Shown here in pieces: positions 12,691 through 24,900 of a DNA stretch of 64,000 nucleotides; positions within the stretch are counted from its first letter, which is position 1; each line of letters starts with the position of its first letter. The position numbers and the translations under genes were made by a program. The notes below the pieces were generated by a model that worked only from the letters and a program-made list of their open reading frames with translations, did not search any database and was not told where the DNA came from. The stretch spans positions 62,001 to 126,000 of the forward strand of contig NOWV01000150.1 of assembly GCA_003344405.1 (NCBI GenBank), in the 5' to 3' direction. This DNA comes from Trichoplax sp. H2 (lineage: Eukaryota).

Positions 12691-14579
12691 AGAGATGGTA
12701 TTCTAGTCATACAGCGTGTATCAAAGTACGGTATTTTGCCACTTTGAAAAGCATCAACCAGTGATCTTAATAAGCAAAATACTGATTAAGAATGAAGAGT
12801 TGTTACATTCCATAGCATTTGAGTTACATTTGAACTTGATATCTAGTTTTTTTCTTTACATAGTCTTGCCTAATCATAAAATCAAATTAAACGCGAAATT
12901 TTCTACAGTACCAAGTAAAGACACTCGAGATGTTTTGCGCCAACACTCACTTTGCTGATAGCGTACTGTATATTGAACATTCTATCTAAAAGCTAATGAA
13001 ACAGAGAGCGTAATTAATATCCAACACTATCTGCAACAATAACGTAGCCTGACTGTACTGTACTGTACCTGTGTGGAAATCCCTTCCGCAGGAAGGATTT
13101 CACTGCCAAATTGCATAGTTTGACGGCTATCTCCTGCAACTGCAACATCTCTCAAACATTTTAAGCTACAGCGATACAAATCCTGTCCTTCTCCAGCAGC
13201 ATTCTGTGTCAAACTGTGTACATTGCCTATTTTATTGTGATGCCCAAATCTAGACCTGGTAGCTCATAAAACCTTTCATCCTTTCACAATGTAATTCCTC
13301 GTTTAATTTCATTTTTTTAACGAGTATAGATTATAATCTGGCCTATGCCCGAATAACTATTCAAATTTTACCAATTTACCTGTAGGAATGATGACTACTG
13401 AATCTACTGAAGTACTGATGATGGTGTAAATAAAGACCATAAATAGATAGGATTGAAATGTTAATTCCGGCCTTGGTTAACTTGGCAGTCTGTCCATAAC
13501 TTGACGCAAGCACAGCATACTATAGCTATAATACGTATATGGCATATATGACGTACAAATCACTCTAGCGAAAAATGCCAATTTACTTCAAGATTAATTA
13601 AACGAATCTTCGGTATGAAAACCGCATCATTCCAAATGCTTTGAATGCTGTAGTCACTAATACAATTACAATATTCCAATTTGGAAATCTACAAAAAAAT
13701 TTCAGACATTCACTAATTTCGGAATTTGCGTGTAGAATAGGTGGAATATATATAGATATATATACAGTAGTATATTGAAATATTTAATGAACATTGCAGC
13801 AACACAGCACTATAGTGCGTATATAACTTAGAAGTGAATTAGACACCTGGCGATTACTTTAACTAACTTCAGAAAATACTAAATCTCGCTATAAACGATC
13901 ATCTTTCTTGAGTAGGTACATTAGCTATTCGAAACGCGTAAATCGGAAAATTCAAAGCCTTGACTTCATGACGTATCGAAATATCCACAAAATGACTAAG
14001 TTATCTGTTAGAAATATACGCAGAATCTGATACAGATCCAACGGCCTAGCGATAACAAAACTTTTAAAAAGGCTTTTACAAGGATTTGTAGTCAGTAAGA
14101 TTTTTTATTGTCCTATTCTACTTTTACAAGTTACAAAAATGAGATAATCAAATATTACAGATAGTAGAAATTTGAATCTTTAATTGAAGAATAGAGGTCA
14201 TAAATTAATAAACTATTTGTAAAAAATTGACTTCTATTAACTCAAGATGGGCGTTACATTTAAGATGTACGTATGTACTGAGAACTGGTCGTATGTTATA
14301 CGTTGCATAGCCACTTTTCCCATTGAGAAATCATTGACACTTTCGATTTTTCAGTTAGGAAAAATGTATCATCTTTAATTATAAATTTTGTCTTACGTGT
14401 AGATTATAGTGATGTAAATTTTGAATAAAATGTTTATAAATCAAAATGTTGCTATATATTAATTAGAATGGCTAATATGACGATCATTTTTGACCAATAT
14501 AAATTATCTATAGATAACGTATATTTCAATATTCATTTAATAATCGTTTCGTAAGTTGGAGCCAATGCTCCTTTTTTTT

Positions 14580-17013
14580 TTATCTCTTCTTGCTATATTT
14601 ATTCCCAACAATCGCTGCGGTAGCATCTAACGATGGCAAACTGGAGATTTTTTCTCTTGATTTCATGCTTAGTTGTAGGCTAGGATAGTTTGGCTATAGA
14701 AAGAATTGATAGAAAATACAACTAAATATTTTTGTGTAAAAAGAAAGAGTGTCAAAACGAAACAAAGTCCACAGAATTCTATCGTTTTCTTTACAATCAT
14801 ACTTGCTATCATTTAGAATCAATGATATTTTTGTAGATTTTTTAGTCAAGAAATAAGAATGCATTTGAGCAGAGGTACTACTTTAAAAATGTTTATAGGG
14901 CAGAATTTTATGAATGCTATCCAGCCTATGTGGACTACTTAGTTTTATAATCACAACTTAAAACTAAAATCATTCTTAATTACAGTATAAATCCAATGCA
15001 ATTTCTTATTGTAACTTTAATTGATAGTCATTTGATAATATTAGAAATATTTATGACTATATCTTGAAGCATATTCCACTTAACTATGAAGCCATTAATT
15101 AAAGGGTGTGAAAAAGCTTTCTACTAACCAGTTTGATCGTCGTTTGGTCAATCAAGATGGGCTGTTGTTCTGCAAAGACCCTATTGTAATTGTCTTCCCT
15201 ATTCAAAAGCTCCATCCTGAATTTCTGAATTTCCCTCTTTAGTTTGGCTATTTCATTTTCGTACTGTATAGATAAAAGAAATTTAAAGCAATATATCAAT
15301 TAGCGTTGTTTGGTTTGTTACATAATTAATTAACATCATTAACTTGATAATGGTTAAGCTGAACCACTGAAATCATTTTGGTGTTTTCTAACTCTTTCTA
15401 GTTTGAAAAAGCTTTCAAGCAAGCTCCTCAGTTTGAAAGATATTTTTTCTTCATATTATAATATGTAGTGATTTAAGGTTAAAGAAAATTGAGCTAAAAA
15501 TTTTTAAGGTACACCATCTTAGGCGATGGAGCCGAGTGACTTAAAGCTTGAAAGTTTCTAAATATGCACCTTCAATTTTTTTAATCTATATCATACTAAA
15601 CAGTAAATTAGAGCGGTAAAACGGTCTAGACTGAAAATTCTTAAAATGTTCTCCTCAAAATATTTTAGACTCTACGATTATATTGTACACCATGCTAGAC
15701 TAGAGCAACATTTTAAAAAATTTTCTGGAATACATCTTTGAATACTTTAATGTTCTATATCCTATTAGACAACAGACTATATCGATAAAATACTACCTAA
15801 AGGTTTTTAAAAGTACTATTTGAAGGGTCATTTTTTACTGCGATTATGATATTAAGTAAAGTACACTAGAGCAAGAAATTATGACTAAAAAAATTTCATA
15901 CAAATGCTCATCCCTTTACAAAGTTTTACTTTGCTGTATAAAGTTGGAACAACAGTAGACTAATTCAGGGAGAAAAAATTGTAACAAGCGTACAGTTATA
16001 TGGTTATCATGTTCTAGGATGGCTAACAAATATTAGCCTTAAAGATGCTCCAAAATTATCGAATAGCAAGTCGAAACTCATTCAATATGACTTATGACAG
16101 GTGACTTACCTTCTGTGTAACTCGATATAACTCTGATTTAGGTGAAATTCGATTTTTATCTTCTAGCTTACGCTTTAATGTTTTAATATCAGCTTCAAGT
16201 TTTTTCACCTTATTTTGATTGGCTTCTTTACTTTGTCTTACTTCTGTAATATTAATTAATAGAGTAATGGTAAGTTTTAGCTGACCTACACTGATTAACT
16301 TGCAATCGATTCAACTAAAAGGTATTGGTAAACATTACATTCACAACTTGATTAGTAAAACCACAGTACATTATAATCTAAATGAATATTTTACGAGGCA
16401 TCGAACCGTTTAATTCCTTGGTCAATGATTCTATCTGTTGGGTTGTATCTTTACTTGAATCTTTTAAATTTTCGGTTAAATCATGTATTCTATTTTTGGC
16501 TTTCTTCAGCTCTTGCTTGAAATCTTCAATTTCTTGATTAAGTTTAATATCAATATCGTCACGTTCGCTGCTTAATTCGCCAATATCTTTATTCATTTTT
16601 TGAATGAGTTTATTACGTTCTTCCCTCAACGATTTAACTTCAAAGTTTAAAGATTCATTATCTCGCACTAGTTGATTTCTTTGGTCAATAAATGATAAAT
16701 CTTTTTTATTTAAAGCCTCATCTCGCTCCAGTAATTGTTGCGAATATTCTTCATGGAGTTGCTGTAATTCACTCTGATGAGCTTGTTGCTGCTGAATATT
16801 ATCATTTTCTAACTTACTGATTCTTGTTTTAGCATCAGCAATCACAATAGCAATTTCTTTCTCGTAGGCCTCTTTGACAGCTTCGACTTCCAACTCCTTT
16901 TCGCGATTTTTTGTAAATAATAAGTGGACCACTTTGGTTAATTCCGCTACCTTTTTAGACAATCGAAATTGTAATTCTTCTTGACTCATTAAAGATTTTT
17001 GAGAAGCCATCAT
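14580..17013 (-). CDS. FAM184: FAM184-like coiled-coil protein, 4 coding exons, 329 aa
   Basis: Exons 17013-16407, 16243-16110, 15263-15129 and 14693-14580, with consistent phases. The N-terminal FRLSKKVAELTKVVHLLFTKN...AVKEAYEKEI resembles the FAM184 N-domain (MSKKIAQLTKVIYALNTKN). C-terminal MELLNREDNYNRVF resembles FAM184 LELVNRETNFNKVF. Confidence 0.75.
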
Positions 17014-19758
17014 TAAGCTCCTTGTCAACCTTTTTATTGAAATTAAATAAACAAATGTGATTAGGTAGAAAAATAAGACTCAAATTGAAGGCTAACTTGT
17101 ATATCATTATGAGAGAAAGAGGAAACAATTCAACTTGAAGTTTAATCTGCCATTGCTTCCTTTTTCTTACTATATCTGACCATTAGTTTACAATGATCAA
17201 TCGTTGTAACACTCAACTCGAATAAAAAAGCTTTTAATCTAATCCTGACTGGTTTTGTTATTAATTTTCCGGTTTATTCCATTCACTGTTACTTTCTACT
17301 ACATTACCGTTAAGAAATACTTCTATTAACAACACACTAATCCTAACATCCGAATAATATAAAATTTAACAGAATATCGATCGCACTACGTAGTTTAAAT
17401 AAGAGAAAAAAAACTAAATTACCTATAGCTAGACCGATTTAATTTAGTTCACAATTACTTTGAGCGGCAAATAAAGTGAAGAAATCTAATTATTCTATAT
17501 TGCGCTAATTTCAGCATTATTAAGATTCTAGCACTATTTCTATCTACTGCAAAAAATTTTCAACAATAATGAAAAAAGGCGAGAAAAAAATAATTTTGAT
17601 TATTCTTACGACTTACTTGTACTCACCGACAATTGCGTGAAGTTTATTATCTTGTTATAGCGTTTAAATTAGCGTTAAAGTAGCTTTATCAGTTAAACCA
17701 ATATTGTATTTACTATCCTCTTTGAGTAATTTTAAACTAATAAGCATTAAAAGCAAGCTTAGATATCTTGATTTTCTTCTTCATAAATTATCGTTAACGC
17801 CTGGTGGATACCATTAATTAATTATCAAAGGTAGAATATATCAGCAGTGTCTATTCCATTTTGAATTACTTAAATTAAATGCACAATGCTATCATAATCT
17901 TAGTAAAATGGGTCATCAAGTAATGTACGTCTAATTTAGAAGTAATTAATCAAGTTAATGAGCGTTCGGTCTAGATCAATTTCCTACTACAAAAAATAGC
18001 TGCAAATAACCAACAGATAACATTAATGTCAAGGCAAAGAATAATGTGGATCAAAGCGAGATTGTTGTAGTTTGATTATTGCTCAAGAGATCAATAGTAT
18101 TTGCCTTGTTTCTAAGATCCAAAACAAAGTTGCACTAATGTAATACAGATGTGATTTATTATTTGATCTATTCTTTCTATTGTAATGCAATCAATGGCTT
18201 GTTACCATGGATAACCATGAATTAATTCATATTCCTATGCGGTTTTCCATATTGCATTATTTATTCAATTCAAATTCAACAAACCATTTAATTGCTATTC
18301 AATTTTATTAATTAATGGATAAGAAGCTTTAGACAGTCTCTGGCATATTCTGCTCCGCAGTTATATGATAGGATTAAAGAATAAAAATTTAATTCTTACT
18401 AACGTCATTTTGCCACGTGATATGCGTAGTATCATTGCAATTAAACTATTTATTTTAGTTCGGTGTAATAACTTTGATGGATTGCGCGAAAGATTTTAGT
18501 TCCTTTGACGGGTTTAAACGACATTTTATCAGTCTTGATATAACGTCGCTAATATTAGATACAATTTCGATGTTAATAGCTACTCTGAATCGATCCAATG
18601 ACATCAAGTTTACTGTTTTTATACAAAATACAATCTTCTATACATTACCGTAATGCTGTTCTACGCGCATACTAGATAAAAATTTTAAATGAAAATTAAT
18701 AAGTAAAAATATACCATATCAGACCCTTTAGGCTAAAGGGCACTTGCAATCTTGTTAATTATAAACCATTATAGTATAAATCTTGCTGAGAATTTAAGAC
18801 ACAGTAATAAAACAAATACTAAAGCCTTTAATCTAGTTTATTCTATCTCTAGTAATTGATATCCGATGTATTAAGATCAAATTTGCTATCCACATGTAAA
18901 TCAAATTGTACTATGCAGCTACTGTATCTTATAGCAAATATGTTAGTTTTTCATACGTTATTACTGTAGCTATAAATAAGAACGATACTATTCTTACGAG
19001 TAAGCTTGCTAATTAGCGACAGTCATAGTACAAGTCTTATTAAGAATTCTAGTATATAGTAATTAATACGAAATATATCAAGTTTAAGATCATTAAGCAA
19101 ATTACATCCTCTATACTATGCCACCGCTGTATATTATAGTAGATATATATTCCATTAACTGTAAAAAGCTATACACAGCTCGTAAAAGAAATTTCAATAG
19201 ACGGAAACCGAAAACGTTGAAATTTCAAATTCAATTTAGTCAATTTAATGCAACAACACATGTGTACGTAATCAATATTAATTATGATGTGATGGCATCA
19301 TATTCCATGATATACAGTATATATATATATATATAATCAAAGGTACCACATTTGGTTTGCAGTTTATGCAAATCAAATATATGCTGCCGCTGTATTTTGC
19401 ATGCATATTCCTATTAACTGTCAATAATCGCAACGTAGTCCAATTTTATGATTTTATATCCCTAGAATAGTATAAATTATCTTATGAGACTGTAGAAACT
19501 TGATAGGGCTGTACACTTGTTTGTCTTTCAGGCTGCTTTAGTGTACGTTGCAGATAATATTAAATCCTTGGAAAATTCACTGTTAAAGCCACTGCGAGGA
19601 TATTTATTCTATAACTACTTTCTAAGACTTGGCCTAGAATGGCAATAAATTCTTGAATACATTTAAAGGTTAATTCTTGATCGTAGTAAATTCTAGCTCA
19701 CCATTAATATGGTCTGAATTCCAGATACTACTTAAAAAAATTAATCTCTTCACCTACC

Positions 19759-21321
19759 ATGGAACCTAAGGGAGTTACAGCCTTGCTCATTATCTTTCTA
19801 CTCATATATAAGGAAGGCAATCCATATTGTATTGGCTGGAAAATAACTCTTTCTGTAGTTAAACTCTTTTATACAAAAATGAAAACGTTGATAACTTCAT
19901 TTATCGCACAAGCATAACAGTGAGATATTAAACTGATAATTACCGTGAAATTTTAAAATTATAAAAGTAAATATTACTAATTAATTACTCTGGTTATTAC
20001 TCTAGCTAGGCATTGTTATACAGTAAATCCTGAATAAATATGAAATTAATGTGAAATATTTATCGAAATTTGTATTGCCATCATTATTGAACAACAGCTC
20101 GCAGTATAGTCGATGTTTGGCAGTAAACTGGTCAATACAATTTTCATGGTACTGTACATTTGTTTCAAGGATTTCGTGATTACAATAAATAATATATTTA
20201 ATAAAATTTTATGCATCCTTCAATCCATCATTGGGTAATAGATATAGATTACTTATCACTAGTGGTATTCTATCATTACGAAGTATTTACATCTATAAAT
20301 TAGTTCTTTGAAGTTTTAAAGCTTGGGTTTTACAACCTCTTAGGTTCGCAATCGCCTAACTCAAAATCTGAGTAAATCCCTAACGTGATACAAGATCATA
20401 CAGTAATTAGCTGAAACTACTACAGAAGTGTTTTTTTTATATGTTTTTAGTAATGAGTTTACTTCGTGAGTAAGATTTATAACTGATATTTATTATTAAC
20501 GATATTCCAAAGCATCGATAGGTGTAGTTACACCTAGATCTGATTACAATTTATACTTCGCGCTACAATTAGTAAATTATTAGTCAGCCTTTTACAATCT
20601 TGTCACCTACAGTATTACAAGCACTATCATGCAATTATCATGTATGTACATAAGAGTATAGTGTTTAATTCTTTTCATGTATTTAGGTGCAACATATATC
20701 GTAGCTAATCTATTACTATTTATATATATTCCATAGTGAATCTAACTAATTGTATAACATTTTTGAATCTATTTTGTTAATTAGCTGTCAATCAGAGTTA
20801 TAGATGGTGGTGTTTTGCGCCCTGTCACCTTGTTTGTATAGACATGCCACATATATTGATGGTTTTAATGGCACCTATACCTACATTTGTCCACAAGACT
20901 GGACTGGAAGTCGTTACTATCAAGGTAAGACTGGACTGGAAATCGTTGCTATCAAGGTAACGCTCTAACAGTTAATATTCAAGCCAAATAATTACGAGTT
21001 CTAAGACAATATCACTATCATTAATGATGTATTTGAATAAGATATTGGTATCGATATCATTTATTTATAAATACGTTGGCTTTACCGTCAACCTGTTGTT
21101 CGATAATAGGTGAATTTTAAATAATTTTAGGATAAAATCATCACAGAATATGGTAGTATTTTATTGGTTTTATCCCATCTTTTGCCAATAAATTGATAGA
21201 TTTAAATAGTTGCCAGAGTAGCCCGTGTCAGAATCATGGAACATGCATCAATAGATGGCCCTAATGGATGGATATAGCTGCCATTACCCACCAGACTGGA
21301 CGGGAAACTACTGCTATCAAG
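19759..21321 (+). pseudogene. Decayed secreted EGF-repeat (Notch/fibropellin-type EGF) gene fragment
   Basis: Remnant at about 20816-20924 reads CALSPCLYRHATYIDGFNGTYTYICPQDWTGSRYYQ|GT. Remnant exon 21200-21321 reads DLNSCQSSPCQNHGTCI..DGPNG..YSCHYPPDWTGNYCYQ|GT, with two 4-nt insertions and a stop. A possible signal-peptide exon MEPKGVTALLIIFLLIYKE starts at 19759; its link to the EGF exons is inferred. Confidence 0.7.
20895..20958 (+). repeat. 32-bp tandem duplication spanning an EGF exon 3' end and donor site
   Basis: aagactggactggaagtcgttactatcaaggt / aagactggactggaaatcgttgctatcaaggt (2 mismatches). Confidence 0.95.
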
Positions 21322-21526
21322 GTAACCTTGCGTTGGCTATCGATTTTTTTGTACCAAGGTTAACATACTAATGGTGCAACTGCATCTATGACAATAGTCT
21401 AATATTGCAATCACTTTCAGTTATTATATTATAAATAAAAATTGATCTTCTATTTTAATAATTTTCCCTATATTTTATTTATCTAAGTTTGCTCAATTAT
21501 GGTGATGCAATCATCATAGATTGTAT

Positions 21527-21830
21527 GTACTGTTCGTTGTACCACTAGAGCATTAGTACTGTCCTGTATGGCCATTGGCCAATACTGGTAAATTGACTGC
21601 TACTGTGAATTTAATAGTCCACAGTGTACAGTACTGCTACTAGCATGGATCATACTGTAGACTACAGTACAGTACTGTACATTCAGTTCAGTAGTCTATG
21701 ATCCATGGTAGCAGTAGTCATTGATCGGTCTCTCCGTCTGTATACTGTAGAACAGTCTAACTACTGTACTTAGCTGTCAGCTAGCAGTAAATTTACTGTA
21801 GATGGTTTATGCGGTACTGTACGGTATTGT
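21527..21830. promoter_or_regulatory. UBA6 upstream region: TACAG/CTGTA-rich with an imperfect inverted repeat at 21632-21716
   Basis: Dense tactgta/tacagta units. Left arm tactgctac[tag]catggatcata[ctgta]gactac pairs with right arm gtagtctatgatccatggtagcagta. The region ends about 110 nt before the UBA6 ATG. Confidence 0.55.
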
Positions 21831-21936
21831 ACAATATACAAGTGCAGCAGTGGTAAAGGGGCACAGCAGAGCCTTGGTCGAAAATTTTTAAATAGAAAAC
21901 ATTACAAGAGTGATTTGCTGCTATACAGTTTCAAAA

Positions 21937-24900
21937 ATGGCTACAGAAGTTGATATCGATGATTCATTTTATAGGTAATAAATATTATCATGCATGGGTA
22001 AGAGATACAGTAGTTAAAGATACCTTACCGGTACAGTAGCAAGACCCTTCAAGCTCAATTATGGCATTCATAACGAACATCGCTGTGCAGTGATGCTTCA
22101 AAAGATGTTCAAGAAGAACACATCATTTCAATGATAGACTAGTTAGAACGATTTAATTTTACAGTAACAGTGAATAATTCAATACAGGCTATATATTATA
22201 CGTGGTAGACCATGTCATTTTACTGATGTCAATGCTGTAGGAATAGCTATTACTATATACGGTGTAAACCATTGACAGGTGTAAGTACTACTGTGCTCAT
22301 TTTTCTCTATTTTGATAATGACAGTCGACAAAGGTACATGTTGGGCGATCTTGCTATGCGCCAACTATCGAAGGCTAAGGTATTTCTTAGCGGTTTAGGA
22401 GGCCTTGGCGTTGAAATAGGTATAGCTTATGATGATAGTGTAAAATACTCGATCTATCATGACATTTCCTTGACTTAAGCATTCATTCTTGTTAATTATA
22501 ATTAACTATTATCAAAACATCATGGTGTCCTCTATGATATCGAAGCAAAAAATGTAACGTTGGCCGGTGTTAAGGTAAATTATTCCATAGCAATGAATTG
22601 CCGCATACCGTAATGTATCAGTCTTTGTAAAGAATGAAAGTCTTGCAGCCATAGGCAACTATTCTCTGCCATTTTAGCCACAAGTATTATCCTTATGTGC
22701 AAAGTTACTATACTACTGTTTCCCTTTTTGGGAAGTAGTCTGATGGATAATTCTAAATGATTTGATACTACGGCTAAATCGTAACATCTAAATGTGGCAG
22801 GGTCTAACACTTCACGATGTCAAAAACGCTTCTGTCTATGATCTTGGAACCCAATTCTATTTAAATACCGAAAACATTACAAAAATTGAGAATAGGTACG
22901 GTTTACTTATGTGGAGTCAATATATCGATAATGATTAATTAAATTAATTCAACTAATTGACTAATTTGCTAGATACTCGTAAACGTAAATTCTTATCATA
23001 CACTTATGTTGGATACAGAGCTAATAAGTTGTCATTTATTTTTATAATTAATTAATCATATCAAAAGTTATCAATATTCTATTCGTAAGTTGTTTTATGT
23101 CTTTCATTCGCACTGCCATCTTCTATTTTACAGAGCGAAGGCAAGTTTTCAAAGCATCTCTCAACTTAATCCACATGTTGTAGTGGATGTTTCAACTACT
23201 CCATTCAATTGCGAAAGTGACCTATCGTTCTTATTACAATATCAATGTGTCGTTTTAACTGAAAGTCCGTTAGAGTTACAAGTTGTCGTAGATCAGTTTT
23301 GTCGATCGCAAGATCCACCTATTGCTGTAAGTATTGAGATATTCTACAGTTATCAAAAAATGAAATGGTGCTTCTAGCTGATAATATTTATTCTTAAATT
23401 AAATTATCTTGCATATAACTCGTCATTACTCCTCGCTTGCACAAATCAATTTTGAAATGCTAATGCATCTCTTTATTAGTTTATTTCAGCTGATGTATTT
23501 GGATTATTCTCCTTCTTATTTTGTGATTTTGGTGAGAGTTTTCAAGTTATTGATGGAGATGGAGAAGAGCCTGAAGAAATACTTCTATCCAACGTATCTA
23601 AAGTAGGGTTACTGATGACACTGAGATCTTATATCGTCAAATATACTATAATGCAATAATTTTACTTAAATTATTTAAATTAGGATAATCCTGCGGTAGT
23701 GAAGACAATATATGGCGTGCGTCATGGTCTAACAACTGGAGATTACGTAAAATTTCGTGAAATTAAAGGAATGACTGCATTAAATAATAGAATTGAACAA
23801 ATAACAGGTATTAGTCGGCAGTAATAATGTTAGTACTGTAGCATGGGTAAGTTCTCAAAATTTTTCTCGATTCTTGCTCTTTGTAGTGATCAGTCCGGAC
23901 GAATTTACCATTTGTGATACAACCTCCGACCAATTTGGGTCGTATGCCAACGGTGGTACATGTGTTCGCGTTAAGATACCGTTTAATGTGCAATTTGTAA
24001 GATTTAAGCAGTCGGCCATCTGAATGGATGTTTTTAACTTAGTCACGTTTGGATATCCTCACATTTTTGCTTTTCTATTTTAAATTTTGCTATAAAAGGA
24101 GGATCTATCAACGCAATTTAATAAACCTGATATTGCAATGACAGATTTTAGCAAGCCTGAGGTTCGTGATTCGAGAAACGAGGCCATCAATTTTGACTGG
24201 CAGCACTTATTTTAGAGCATTTTATATTGTTTAGGTAAATTTGCAAAGTATAATTGCTTTAAGAGCCTTACATACCTTCAACGATGGCTATAAGCGAATG
24301 CCAAGGATAAGGTTTAACTGCAATGAATTTATGAATTATCTTTATCTAGCTATTGTTAATTTGCGTGTAGGCTTGCAATGACGTTTTTGTATTAGCGAAC
24401 TATTAGTTACTGTTTCTAAGGTTATTCATTAGTTGAAGTAAGGACCGTCATTCTAACATGAAGTAGCTTGATGAATTGGTTTAGATTTCAGTTTAAAAAT
24501 GGGTGTTATCAATTTAAATCTATAAAGGGACACTAAAGATGCTGAGCAAGTCATTAACATAGCACTGTCAATAATTGATAGCATGATTACAAAGGTATCA
24601 TTTATATGCATGGTGATTGATATTTATTTGATATGTAGTCAAATTGATGGAGAGGTTAATTATAATTGAAGATCGTTGAATTTACCTTTAGGTTGATAAA
24701 TTAGATGTTGATATAGTTACACAGTTGGCGTACACTTGCCAGGGATGTTTTCAGCCATTAGTTGCAACCATGGGCGGCATTGTTGGCCAAGAAGTTCTTA
24801 TTGCGCTAACTAATAAATACGCACCTATAAAACAATGGGTACAACGTTTGTAACCATAAAGTCATTTTTTGCGGTATCTTCAAAACCTTATTGTTAAACT

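Noticed and set aside
13027-13212. Minus-strand ORF and a small hairpin (aaatcccttccgcaggaaggattt, 13077-13100)
   Set aside because: No homology recognised and no exon chain found; a single short hairpin is not enough to call an element.
22420-22545. TTCCTTGAC in a UBA6 intron as a second U12 intron
   Set aside because: The donor is GTATAGC rather than GTATCC, and the motif lies about 70 nt from the acceptor that restores the frame.
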